Sequence record: DRR723986_562
Strand: one strand, 5' to 3'
Length of the DNA: 64,000 nucleotides
The stretch's first letter is position 1. The number at the start of each line of letters is the position of its first letter. A program made the position numbers and the translations under genes. This document shows, piece after piece, positions 39,280-49,152 of the stretch. The notes beneath the pieces are model-generated. The model saw nothing but the letters and a program-made list of their open reading frames with translations, was not told the DNA's origin and made no database searches.

Positions 39280-40761
39280 TTGGGTATTATTCAAAAACAA
39301 GCGTTAAGATCTTCACTAGTCAATTTTATTGGTGTTGGATTTGGTGCTATTACTAGATTGTCAATGCCCGTTATTTTAACCGAACGGCAAATTGGACTAA
39401 TTCAGTTGCTGGATTCGGTTTCCGGTTTTTTTGTCACCATTTTCAGCCTGGGCTACACACAGATTCTTTCCATGATTTTTCCCAAGTTTAGGGATGAGGA
39501 GTCAGGACATCACGGTTTTTTGATTTTTGGAATTCTTTTATCAATTCTGGGAGTAACAGTAAGTTGGTTAATTTTTTACTTTTTTGGGGATTATTATTTT
39601 AATTCGACAAATGGAAATGACTTTTTCAAAGCTTTTTCATTTCTCATTTTTCCTCTCATATTTTTTAGGATTATTTTCCGAAATCTTGATGGATATATTC
39701 GAATGCTATTCAATACGGTTTTCGGTGTTTTTCTAGAATCATTCATCAACAAGTTACTGCTCATGCTGAGTATAATAGCATTTGCCCTGTCATGGATAAA
39801 TTTCGAATTTCTAGCATATGCATTCAGTCTAATTTTATGTTTACCCGGGTTGTTTATTAGCGCATTTGCCCTGATTAAAACTAAAAAGATTACACTACCG
39901 AGTAAAGAATTGCTTGCCCCTTCTAACCGAAAATTGATGTTGCAGTATTCTATGTTTGGTGTTTTTACAGGATTGTCAGGGTCGGTAGTTTTGTATATCG
40001 ACAGTTTAATGGTGAACAAAATGATTTCAATTGAAGCGCTCGGAATATATTCAACGTTCTATTTTGCTGCTCGCTTGATTATCATTCCTGCATTGAGCAT
40101 CAATCGAATATCTGCAGTGATTCTCGCTGAGTCATGGAAGAATAAGGACATGGATAATATTCAGTCAATTTATGAGAAGAGCTGTTTGAATCAGTTAATT
40201 TTAGGAACCTTTCTTTTTGTGTTGGGATGGGCATGTATGGACCCTGTACTGAGTTTTTCACCCAAATTATTGAATTATGCAGATTATAAATTTGTCTTTT
40301 TCTTTTTGGGAATTGGTTTATTGGTAGAAATGATGACAGGTACGAACGCGGCAATTATCTCTACATCCAAAAAATACAAATATGAAACCTATTTTAATTT
40401 AATTTTGGCCGCACTAATTATTGTATTTAATTATTTTCTCATCAAGCAATTCCAGGTGGTTGGGGCTGCTGCTGCTTCTTTTCTGGCAATGATGCTCATC
40501 AACATCATTCGGTGGTGGTTTTTGAATAAGAATTACGGATTACAGCCTTTCAACGGACGTTTTTTAAAAGCGTTCCTAATAGCAGCTAGTTTTATTTGTT
40601 TAGTTTGTTTCGTTGACTATGAAGCTCAATCTTGGGTTAAATTATTGGTAAATGCTACTTTCATTACAATTGCTTTTTGGTCGGTTATTCTTGGCTTGAA
40701 TATATCTCCTGACATGAATAATTGGATTAAAAAGATTTATGCGAAATTTGTAAAGCGATAA
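39280..40761 (+). CDS. Polysaccharide flippase (Wzx/MOP family)
   Basis: TTG start, MGIIQKQ N-terminus, many TM helices, located in the glycan cluster. Confidence 0.88.
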   Translation: MGIIQKQALRSSLVNFIGVGFGAITRLSMPVILTERQIGLIQLLDSVSGFFVTIFSLGYTQILSMIFPKFRDEESGHHGFLIFGILLSILGVTVSWLIFYFFGDYYFNSTNGNDFFKAFSFLIFPLIFFRIIFRNLDGYIRMLFNTVFGVFLESFINKLLLMLSIIAFALSWINFEFLAYAFSLILCLPGLFISAFALIKTKKITLPSKELLAPSNRKLMLQYSMFGVFTGLSGSVVLYIDSLMVNKMISIEALGIYSTFYFAARLIIIPALSINRISAVILAESWKNKDMDNIQSIYEKSCLNQLILGTFLFVLGWACMDPVLSFSPKLLNYADYKFVFFFLGIGLLVEMMTGTNAAIISTSKKYKYETYFNLILAALIIVFNYFLIKQFQVVGAAAASFLAMMLINIIRWWFLNKNYGLQPFNGRFLKAFLIAASFICLVCFVDYEAQSWVKLLVNATFITIAFWSVILGLNISPDMNNWIKKIYAKFVKR

Positions 40762-40767
40762 AAGAAA

Positions 40768-41751
40768 ATGAAATTCGAGGAAACAATTCGTGAGAATATA
40801 GCTAAGCAACACTTTTTAATAACAGGTGGTGCAGGATTCATAGGATCCAACTTGGTGGGTGAGTTATTAACTTTAGGTGCAGAGAAAGTTACCGTTTTAG
40901 ACGATTTGAGCACCGGGTATGCAGAGAACATTAGTGAGTTTCAAACGCATCCACAATTCAATTTTATTGAAGCTTCTATTACAGATTTGCACAGTTGCAT
41001 AAGTGCTTTTAAGGGAGTAGATGTGGTTTTTCAAATGGCTGCCTTAGGAAGTGTGCCTAGAAGCATAGATAATCCTCTTGCTTCTAACGCTGTAAATGTT
41101 ACCGGATTCTTAAACGTATTAGAGGCCGCAAAGATATCTAAAGTAAAAAAGGTGGTGTATTCGTCTTCTTCTTCAGTGTATGGAGATGATGAACACCTGC
41201 CAAAGATAGAACAATATACAGGTAATCCTCTTTCTCCTTACGCAGTTACTAAGAAAGCTAATGAATTGTATGCCAGAACCTTTGCTGATTTATATGACAT
41301 GTCGATAACAGGTTTGCGGTATTTTAATGTATTCGGCCCAAAACAAAGAATGACCGGGGCTTATGCTGCGGTAATTCCCATTTTCATCAATAATTTATTG
41401 AATAACGAGCCATGTACAATAAATGGTGTTGGAGATATCTCTCGCGACTTTACATACGTTAAAAACGTTGTGGAGGCCAATATTCTGGCTGCTTTCAATA
41501 CGAATGAAAAGCATGAGATTTATAATATTGCAATGGGGGGGCAATTGTCATTGAATGACTTGTATGAAATATTAGAATCTAATATTAGGTCTGGCTTGAA
41601 GCCAATTCATGCTGCGCCAAGAACAGGAGATATTCTTTCTAGTATGGCAAATATTGATAAGGCGAAAAAAGACCTAAATTACAGCCCTACAATTGGATTA
41701 GTTCAAGGATTACAAAAAACGATTGAATGGAATCGAGCTCAATCTAAATAA
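40768..41751 (+). CDS. UDP-GlcNAc 4-epimerase-like SDR (WbpP/TviC)
   Basis: ITGGAGFIGSN, AALGSVPRSI, SPYAVTK, LRYFNVFG, AYAAVIP. Confidence 0.9.
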   Translation: MKFEETIRENIAKQHFLITGGAGFIGSNLVGELLTLGAEKVTVLDDLSTGYAENISEFQTHPQFNFIEASITDLHSCISAFKGVDVVFQMAALGSVPRSIDNPLASNAVNVTGFLNVLEAAKISKVKKVVYSSSSSVYGDDEHLPKIEQYTGNPLSPYAVTKKANELYARTFADLYDMSITGLRYFNVFGPKQRMTGAYAAVIPIFINNLLNNEPCTINGVGDISRDFTYVKNVVEANILAAFNTNEKHEIYNIAMGGQLSLNDLYEILESNIRSGLKPIHAAPRTGDILSSMANIDKAKKDLNYSPTIGLVQGLQKTIEWNRAQSK

Positions 41752-41756
41752 ATAAC

Positions 41757-42863
41757 CTAACACTTCGTTTGAGAAGCCGTTCCAGCAGATTGCTGTTGTC
41801 TACTCTTTAAATACTTCGCTCTTCTTTTATCATATTGTTTGCGAGTAATTCCTGCTTTATCTAGCTCATCTTGTGTAGGATATTCTGGCCATTTTTCAGC
41901 ATCTTCAGCTTCTTGCTTTGTTTGAAAAGGTTTCTTTTCAGGGGCTGCTGTTTCATCTCCAAATTCATCATAAAAATGCTCTTCAACTAAGATTCCTTTT
42001 TTGTAAACGGCATCATATTTTTTAATATTCTTTTCGTTGTTGTAATACTCTTCGAATATTCCATGCCTTAAATCACCTTTGTAATTCTCCACCGTCCATT
42101 TACGTTGGTCTTTTGGGTAAAATCTTCTTGTTTCACCTTCTCGGCAACCATTTTCATGACTTTCTTCATAAAACAACTCACCATTGTCATAGTAATAACG
42201 CGAAAGGCCTTCTTTTTTACCCATTTTAAATTCTTGTTCTGATTCAACCATGCCTGATTCAAAATAAGTGATGTACTTTCCATTCCATTCACCATTGGTG
42301 TACATGATTTCTTTTTTCAGGGTGTTATTTGGATAATACTCTTGTTTTCTTCCACTCATTTGACCGTTGCTCCAGGTCTCAATTTTCCAAATTGAAGTGT
42401 CGGGAAAATAGTAGCGTGATTCACCATCCTCAGCGCCCATTACGTAATTCTTTTCCCACTTCAAACTGCCATCTTCTCTGTACAATTTCCACTGTCCGTC
42501 TTCTTTTCCTAATCCTTGATCATCATGACTTCTAACTAAGTTTGGTTTACCATTGTCATGCCAAATAGTGTCCTTCCCAACAGGGCGACCTCCTTGAAAA
42601 TTTAAGTACATTTCAAGATTTCCATTGATATGACAAACTTTACATTGTCCTGTAAAAGGCTTACCTGATTTCTTATGCATTACTGCTTGATTGTCCTCAT
42701 CAAAGTAAACCATATTGGCGCAGTCAGAAACCATTCTAAATCTTGCATCTCTGCATTTTAAAGGTTCTTCTTTTGGTTGTTGATTCTGGTCAATTTGATC
42801 AGGTAGTTGTCCGTAGCTTGAAAGGGATAAAAGACAGATGCTAAATAAGCTTGTAAATTTCAT
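41757..42863 (-). CDS. Exported MORN-variant repeat protein (YwqK-like)
   Basis: Signal peptide; repeated YxxGxxxG...YYxNG units; KPFTG motif. Confidence 0.85.
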   Translation of the reverse strand: MKFTSLFSICLLSLSSYGQLPDQIDQNQQPKEEPLKCRDARFRMVSDCANMVYFDEDNQAVMHKKSGKPFTGQCKVCHINGNLEMYLNFQGGRPVGKDTIWHDNGKPNLVRSHDDQGLGKEDGQWKLYREDGSLKWEKNYVMGAEDGESRYYFPDTSIWKIETWSNGQMSGRKQEYYPNNTLKKEIMYTNGEWNGKYITYFESGMVESEQEFKMGKKEGLSRYYYDNGELFYEESHENGCREGETRRFYPKDQRKWTVENYKGDLRHGIFEEYYNNEKNIKKYDAVYKKGILVEEHFYDEFGDETAAPEKKPFQTKQEAEDAEKWPEYPTQDELDKAGITRKQYDKRRAKYLKSRQQQSAGTASQTKC

Positions 42864-42906
42864 AAAAATGGTTTGGTCTATTAAAGTAATAAATCTACAC
42901 CAATTT

Positions 42907-43317
42907 TTATGCCTGCTTTACTGTGATCAGATGTTTTTTTAACACATCCAACATGAAATCGGGTATTGAACTGACCTCATTTATAGTATAGTCAAAGCAT
43001 ACAATGACTGATTCTCCTTCTGCTTTTAATACATTCTCTTGATTGAAGATAGAATAGCAAAGTGTAAAACTTGAACGGCCAATTTGATTGCAGGCAACTT
43101 CAACTCTCAATTGATCCTCAAGTCTGCCAGGTATGTGATACACAACCGTATTCTTTTTTAAAATAATGCCGTGTTTTTTCCAGTCCCAATCTGTTCCTAG
43201 TTCTGTCACGAAAAAATTCATCCTTCCAGATTCAAAGTAATGTAAATAAACAGCATTGTGGATGTGTCCTGCGATATCACAATCAGCGAATCTTACTTGT
43301 AGGGGAGTGCTAATCAT
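42907..43317 (-). CDS. Acyl-CoA thioesterase (4HBT/YbgC family)
   Basis: VRFADCDIAGHIHNAVYLHYFESGR, IGRSSF. Confidence 0.9.
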   Translation of the reverse strand: MISTPLQVRFADCDIAGHIHNAVYLHYFESGRMNFFVTELGTDWDWKKHGIILKKNTVVYHIPGRLEDQLRVEVACNQIGRSSFTLCYSIFNQENVLKAEGESVIVCFDYTINEVSSIPDFMLDVLKKHLITVKQA

Positions 43318-45188
43318 TTATCTAGCTTTTCAAATTCTGAATTGTTGCTCAAGAATTCTGGAACAATATATTTCATTAGACCAACTATTTTCTCGTTGTT
43401 CTGTCCATTAAACATGCTTGTTAATTCTTCAATATTTGAAGAGATTTCGTCAAAATCATATTCCCTCACTTTTGCAATAAGAATTTGAGGATGATGCGTT
43501 GGCATGGTGTTTTCTTCGTTAGTCAGCAGTTCTTCATACAGCTTTTCACCAGGACGCAAGCCTGTAATTTTTATTTCAATATCTCGGCCCAATACCAATC
43601 CACTCAGTTTGACCATCTTTTTAGCCAAATCATAAATACGAACCGACTCGCCCATATCAAATACAAATATTTCATTGCCTTCGCCCATGGTTTCAGCTTC
43701 AAGTACCAATGCGCAAGCTTCTGGAATGGTCATGAAAAATCGTGTAATGCGTTTATCGGTTACGGTCAACGGTCCTCCATTTTCAATTTGTTTTTTGAAT
43801 AATGGAATCACTGACCCGTTTGATCCTAGAACATTACCGAAACGAGTTGTAATAAATTTTGTATCCGAAATTTGATTGGCGCACTGAGCATAAATTTCCG
43901 CAATACGCTTAGAGCATCCCATTACATTGGTAGGATTAACAGCCTTATCCGTTGAAATGAGCACGAATTTATGCACCTTGAATTTCATAGCCAAGTCTAC
44001 CAAGTTTTTAGTGCCCTTGACGTTTGTTTGAATAGCTTCTGAAGGATTATCCTCCATTAACGGAACGTGTTTATAAGCAGCTGCATGAAATACGATTTCT
44101 GGTTGAAATGATTTGAACACATTCTCTAATCGATCGGCATTTCTAATATCCGCAATTACGGATTCAGTTAAATGGAGTAATCTTTTTTCTTTGAGCTCCA
44201 TCTCTAAATTATACAAGGGCGATTCGGCCTGATCTAGAATAATTACTTTCTCAGGATTGAACTCGACCAACTGACGTACAATTTCACTTCCTATTGAGCC
44301 TGCGGCACCGGTTACCAGGATTCTTTTGTTATCAAATTCCTCAGCCAGTTTATCATTGTCTAGTCTAATTGATTCTCGACCCAATAAATCTTCAATTTTT
44401 ATGGGTTTGATTTGGCCCGGAGTAAATTCACCGTTAATCCACTCTTTTGGTGAAGGAACGTTCAGTATCTCAACATCATGAGCCAAACAGGTTTCTATTA
44501 TGGCTCGTTTATTTTTTTTATCTGGATTCTTAATCGCCAAAATCAATCGCTTAATTTCTTTAGATTCAATGATCTCTTCTAAAGAGCTACTATGATATAT
44601 TTTTAATCCCTCAAGTGACTTACCCAATTTTGCCTGATTGTCATCAATAAAACAAATTATTCTGCCATTTAAGCTGGTTTCTTTTTCAACCGTATGTTTT
44701 GTAATGAGACCATAGGTGCCTGCTCCATAAATTACAGTCGGAATCATGTCTTTGTCACGTTTCAAACCCTCCATGTACAATAATTTTACTGCAAATCGTA
44801 AAACCAATAAGAATGAAATACAAACAAAATATTCTACTATGAAAATTGAAATCGGAAAAAGAAAATGGCCGTCTACAAATTTAAATTTGATAACTGAAAT
44901 AATGACCATTAGAAAAGTACCTGCGCTTACCCCAAATATGACATTTTTTACATCAGCAGATGCTGTGTGACGTAGCATTCCACTATACACTTTGAAAAAG
45001 AAGAAGGAAATTCCTCTGCACAAAATATAAATCGGAAGTCCGGTAATAAATATCTCGTACTCATGCTCGAATGGCAGATTTGAAGAGTCGAATCGCACCA
45101 AATAGGCCACAATTAAAGAAGCCACAGCAATGAGTATGTCAACGCTAAAAATTAGCCAACGGGGTACATTTCGTTTTGGTAAACGCAT
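43314..45188 (-). CDS. Membrane-bound nucleoside-diphosphate sugar 4,6-dehydratase (CapD/WbpM/PglF family)
   Basis: Four N-terminal TM; IEDLLGR, VTGAAGSIGSE, HAAAYKHVP, STDKAVNPTNVMG, RFGNVLGS, GLRPGEKLYEEL. Confidence 0.93.
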   Translation of the reverse strand: MRLPKRNVPRWLIFSVDILIAVASLIVAYLVRFDSSNLPFEHEYEIFITGLPIYILCRGISFFFFKVYSGMLRHTASADVKNVIFGVSAGTFLMVIISVIKFKFVDGHFLFPISIFIVEYFVCISFLLVLRFAVKLLYMEGLKRDKDMIPTVIYGAGTYGLITKHTVEKETSLNGRIICFIDDNQAKLGKSLEGLKIYHSSSLEEIIESKEIKRLILAIKNPDKKNKRAIIETCLAHDVEILNVPSPKEWINGEFTPGQIKPIKIEDLLGRESIRLDNDKLAEEFDNKRILVTGAAGSIGSEIVRQLVEFNPEKVIILDQAESPLYNLEMELKEKRLLHLTESVIADIRNADRLENVFKSFQPEIVFHAAAYKHVPLMEDNPSEAIQTNVKGTKNLVDLAMKFKVHKFVLISTDKAVNPTNVMGCSKRIAEIYAQCANQISDTKFITTRFGNVLGSNGSVIPLFKKQIENGGPLTVTDKRITRFFMTIPEACALVLEAETMGEGNEIFVFDMGESVRIYDLAKKMVKLSGLVLGRDIEIKITGLRPGEKLYEELLTNEENTMPTHHPQILIAKVREYDFDEISSNIEELTSMFNGQNNEKIVGLMKYIVPEFLSNNSEFEKLDK

Positions 45189-45246
45189 AAAATATTGAGT
45201 TTTTACTCAATTATTAATACGTAAGAAAACTAAAAAAGATAGGGTT

Positions 45247-46329
45247 CTATTTTACTTTTTCAATTTTAAAAGAATCCTTTTGTTTATCAGAGTTAATAAT
45301 TAACAGATAAGATCCTGATTCATAAGGTTTAAGATTAATGTTAAATTCTCTTAATCCTTCAGATAAATTTCCAGAATAAATCGATTTAATTTTTTTACCG
45401 TCAACAGCATATAAATAAATGTCATACATTCCTGAATGATTGACCTGTAATTGGAATTTAGCGTAATCAGAAGTGGGATTTGGGAATAGAACTCCTTCAA
45501 AATCTGGATTCACTGCTATTGTTGCTAAAGATTCAGTATTTGTTTCAGTTTGCTTAACTGCATCAGTTGTGTCTTCTAGAAAGTTGAAATATTCTGGATC
45601 TATCATCAATCCACCATCTACCATTTCATCTGTGAATAGAGTGGTGTCGGGAATTTTAGGTTCAACATAATGAACGGCGGTTCTTCCCATGACAATTTCT
45701 TCTTTCTTTTCAAGAGTATCGGTTTCAATTGGTTCAACATGATGGATGATAGGTTGACCTAAAAAGAGTTCTTCTTTTTCGTCAGGAATAAACATGATAT
45801 CACCTTTGGTGAATTCGCGCTCATCTAAATTGGTTTCTGTTTCACATGTTTTTGTTATTTCATCTTCAGATGATACCTTAATTTTTCCTTTTTTATAATT
45901 GTTGTGTTCCTCAACTGGGGCTTCTTCTTCTATGTGCGATTTATTGGGTAGCTCCGGCTCCTTGATTTGTTCTATCGCTTCCTCATAATATAATTCTCCC
46001 ACAACATGTTGATTAGATTCACAACCCGTAAATAAGGTCATTCCGAAAACGATTAAACAAGCATATAAGAATTTTGATTGTAAAGATCGTGCAGATTGAT
46101 TTTGCCAAGCAAAAAAGTCATCATTTAACTGAACCAATTGTGTTTTTTTGAATCTACCGCACATATGCTTACCAGCATTTTCGTGCAAAATTGATTTTAT
46201 CTCGTTTGGAGATTTATTACTGAAATCAATAACATCTATTTGACAGGATCCGCAAAAAGCACCTTTTTCAGTCGGTGTAAAGTCGGCCCAATTTTCATGA
46301 CAAGGTTCTGGAATACTAATCTTACTCAT
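45247..46329 (-). CDS. Cys4-domain / internal lipobox / T9SS type-A CTD protein, paralog 1
   Basis: ISIPEPCHENW...FCGSC...CGRF; hydrophobic stretch ending LFTGC (C103); CTD LFPNPT...GSYLL...FKIEKVK. Confidence 0.8.
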   Translation of the reverse strand: MSKISIPEPCHENWADFTPTEKGAFCGSCQIDVIDFSNKSPNEIKSILHENAGKHMCGRFKKTQLVQLNDDFFAWQNQSARSLQSKFLYACLIVFGMTLFTGCESNQHVVGELYYEEAIEQIKEPELPNKSHIEEEAPVEEHNNYKKGKIKVSSEDEITKTCETETNLDEREFTKGDIMFIPDEKEELFLGQPIIHHVEPIETDTLEKKEEIVMGRTAVHYVEPKIPDTTLFTDEMVDGGLMIDPEYFNFLEDTTDAVKQTETNTESLATIAVNPDFEGVLFPNPTSDYAKFQLQVNHSGMYDIYLYAVDGKKIKSIYSGNLSEGLREFNINLKPYESGSYLLIINSDKQKDSFKIEKVK

Positions 46330-46387
46330 AGCTTAAATTTTGGTACATCTATGGTGCGGTACATTCTTAGGTTAATTTGGTTCAAAT

Positions 46388-46414
46388 AAAAAGAGGGACC
46401 TCCCCAGGTCCCTC
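46388..46414 (-). terminator. Rho-independent terminator between the paralogs
   Basis: Minus strand GAGGGACCT-GGGG-AGGTCCCTC followed by TTTTT. Confidence 0.85.
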
Positions 46415-46443
46415 CATCCATGAAAAAACTACTTACGTAGCGC

Positions 46444-47355
46444 TTAGTTTACTTTTGAAATTTTTAAAGTCTCATTTTGGCCTTGAGAAATGATTTTTAC
46501 AATATATAAACCTGAATTTTTATCTGAAAGGTCACATTCGAATTGATTTCTCCCTTCAGGTAAAATACCTGAATGAATGGTTTGTACCAATTGACCATTC
46601 ATGTTATAGAGTACAATGTCAAATTGTCCTTCTTGTTCTATTTCTAGTGCAACTGTTGTTAAGCCTTGTGTCGGGTTTGGATAAGCAGTTGCTTCGAAAA
46701 TTCTTGAATCAATATGAATAGGATCTGCAAGTATGCTTGTCGTGTCTTCAGGTACAACCTCTTCAACATATTTAATATAATTTTCAGTGTAACCTATACC
46801 CCCTGCGACTTGTATTTCTCCTCTTGTTTCGTAAATCTGCTGAACATCATACTCTTCGTAAATCACACCTCCTAGTTCATAGTCCTTAATTTCACAAACA
46901 AATTCGGCAATCCCCGGTTCAACGATTTGCTCTTGAATGTAATCTAACAAATCAACTTGACTAATTTCAAGTTCGGTGTTGATGAATTTAGCCTTTGTAG
47001 GATTATCCTCAACCACTTCAATTTGATTGAGATCTTGGATGGCCTTTTCATTTTCACATGAGAATAGGCTTAATCCAAAGACCATGATACAAGCCAGGAT
47101 GAATTTACTCTGAAAAACTCTCGGTTGTTGATTTTTCCATTCTAAAAATCCCGCATTCAGTTCAATCAATTGTGATTTGTTGAAACGTCCACAAATGTGT
47201 TGATTTGCATTCTCTTTCACAATTTGATTGATCTGTTGATTGGATAAAGATCTAAAATCAAAAGTGTCAATGCTGCATTTATCACAAAATGCTCCTCTTT
47301 CAGTAGGAGTCATTTGGCTAAAATCTTCTTTACATGGGTCTGGAATGCTAATCAT
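46444..47355 (-). CDS. Cys4-domain / internal lipobox / T9SS type-A CTD protein, paralog 2
   Basis: ISIPDPCKEDF...FCDKC...CGRF; hydrophobic stretch ending LFSC; CTD AYPNPT...GLYIVKI...LKISKVN. Confidence 0.8.
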   Translation of the reverse strand: MISIPDPCKEDFSQMTPTERGAFCDKCSIDTFDFRSLSNQQINQIVKENANQHICGRFNKSQLIELNAGFLEWKNQQPRVFQSKFILACIMVFGLSLFSCENEKAIQDLNQIEVVEDNPTKAKFINTELEISQVDLLDYIQEQIVEPGIAEFVCEIKDYELGGVIYEEYDVQQIYETRGEIQVAGGIGYTENYIKYVEEVVPEDTTSILADPIHIDSRIFEATAYPNPTQGLTTVALEIEQEGQFDIVLYNMNGQLVQTIHSGILPEGRNQFECDLSDKNSGLYIVKIISQGQNETLKISKVN

Positions 47356-47363
47356 AATTCATT

Positions 47364-47400
47364 GTTTTGATTGAATACAAGCGTCATTGCATTAGGTTCA
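47364..47400 (-). promoter_or_regulatory. Putative ECF sigma promoter TGAACC-N17-TATTCAATCAAAAC
   Basis: Exact box, spacer and ATG-distance match to 2660-2696. Confidence 0.7.
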
Positions 47401-47589
47401 TTTTTTAGATGCTGTTTTGTTAGGGATTCCATAAAACATGCTGCATTAACAAAAAAATAACAAATACAATGCCAGATGAATTCTTGATTAATAAATCAAT
47501 TGTCAAGTTCCAGTTTAATATTGAATCCAGCAATATTTTGACTATCTTCGGCGGAGTAACCCAAAATTTATTCTTCTAAATTCCAAATC

Positions 47590-48171
47590 ATGAAAATATT
47601 CCTCTTTATTCTAGGAATCTCTGTGCTTTTTGTTTCGTGCCGTAAAAAAGAGTTGAGAGATGTTGAAACGACTGAAACCGCTGGAGCACAGCATTGTTCT
47701 AATTTTGTTAAAGATGCAGACGAGCTTGGAGTTGATTGCGGTGGAGCGGATTGTGATCCTTGTCAACAAGACACCCTGCCATGCAACATACCTGATAACA
47801 AGGTTAGATGTTTGGAGGCAAGTACAGTTACTACAGAATCATTAATTAACCAATCGCATGGGTATTTAGGAAATAACTACGTTTTTAGGGCATATACTGG
47901 TGACGGTGACTCATTAATTCTCACTTTTGACGACATTCCGGACGTAACACAAACTTATTCAGGGGTTGCGAACTCTTTTGATATTTCTTCAACTGAAGTC
48001 TTGGTTGAATATTTTCAACCTTATCCATTGAAAGATTGGATTGGAAGTGGAGCAGTCTATGTAAATTTTATTGACGGAGCTTATAAAATAGGTTCTTGTG
48101 ATTATGATTTTCATGAGTACGGTCAGCCTTCTTTTTCTATCGAACAATATTTTAGCATAACATTCTATTAG
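47590..48171 (+). CDS. Lipoprotein with a Cys-rich CxNxxxDxxExGVDCGGxxCxPC motif
   Basis: Lipobox FVSC followed by RKKE; CSNFVKDADELGVDCGGADCDPC. Confidence 0.75.
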   Translation: MKIFLFILGISVLFVSCRKKELRDVETTETAGAQHCSNFVKDADELGVDCGGADCDPCQQDTLPCNIPDNKVRCLEASTVTTESLINQSHGYLGNNYVFRAYTGDGDSLILTFDDIPDVTQTYSGVANSFDISSTEVLVEYFQPYPLKDWIGSGAVYVNFIDGAYKIGSCDYDFHEYGQPSFSIEQYFSITFY

Positions 48172-48182
48172 CCCAAATCAAC

Positions 48183-49148
48183 ATGAAAAAAATTATTATT
48201 ATCTGCGGAATTCTTTCTTTTACATCCGCTTTTTGTCAAGATGATGAAGTTGTTGAGTATTCTTTAATATATGATGAACCGGACAAGTCATGGGTTGGAG
48301 GAGGGATATCATATGATATGTCTTTAAACGAATATAATATGACAATTGCCGCTCTTGGGGTTGAAGGAAGGTTTTTTCATGAATTGTTTGCCATAGATGC
48401 TGGGTTTAAATTTCATCTGTTGGAAAACGCAGCTGATTTTGCCTATTTAAGTCCTTATGCAACTTCAATTTATGAGCCAGAAAAATCTAGAGATTTTAAT
48501 TTACTAGGAACGTATTACTTTAAACAGGATACCGAGAAAAAGAAAGCGACCGTTCGATTGAAAAAAGTTGGAAATACAATATATGTTGTAGAGGTACCCG
48601 CTAAAAGATCAGTTAAGTTCGGGGCCGAATTAGGATATGATGCTGGAGTGACTTATTACAATTTTCAAAATAATCAAATGACAGGGATTGATTCTCAGGG
48701 GAATGAGGTGTTGATTGAATCTGGTAATGGCTTGGGCAAATCAGTTGCGACATTTTATAAATACTCCATGATTCGGTTGGGAGCTAGTCGTACTCGCTCT
48801 ATGAACATGCAAATAACTACAGCTAAATACGGTGATAGAACTGTAGCCAGTTCGAGTCGTATCTATACTCAGATTTTTATCGGATTTGGCCAGTCTGTTG
48901 ATGATATTTATGTTCCTTTTGATGCTTTCATTAATCTTCAGGAAGAGCCTTATACGAGATATGATATTAATACCAATTTACCATTTAGAAAAATTGGCGG
49001 ATGTATTGGTTATCAAAATTACAGTTTAGGAAATTTTGGATTCGGTTATGGAGCTGAAATAGGAATGCTTCCGGCGCCCAAAAATAAACTGAGAACAAGT
49101 TTTTATCTCGATTTAACGCTTCGCTACCAAATTGGTAAAAAATTGTAA
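48183..49148 (+). CDS. Putative outer-membrane beta-barrel protein
   Basis: Signal peptide, amphipathic strands, C-terminal FYLDLTLRYQI. Confidence 0.6.
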   Translation: MKKIIIICGILSFTSAFCQDDEVVEYSLIYDEPDKSWVGGGISYDMSLNEYNMTIAALGVEGRFFHELFAIDAGFKFHLLENAADFAYLSPYATSIYEPEKSRDFNLLGTYYFKQDTEKKKATVRLKKVGNTIYVVEVPAKRSVKFGAELGYDAGVTYYNFQNNQMTGIDSQGNEVLIESGNGLGKSVATFYKYSMIRLGASRTRSMNMQITTAKYGDRTVASSSRIYTQIFIGFGQSVDDIYVPFDAFINLQEEPYTRYDINTNLPFRKIGGCIGYQNYSLGNFGFGYGAEIGMLPAPKNKLRTSFYLDLTLRYQIGKKL

Positions 49149-49152
49149 TTAA

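Noticed and set aside
41757-42863. YwqK 'antitoxin' as part of a toxin-antitoxin system
   Set aside because: Generic MORN-variant repeats with a signal peptide and no adjacent toxin gene
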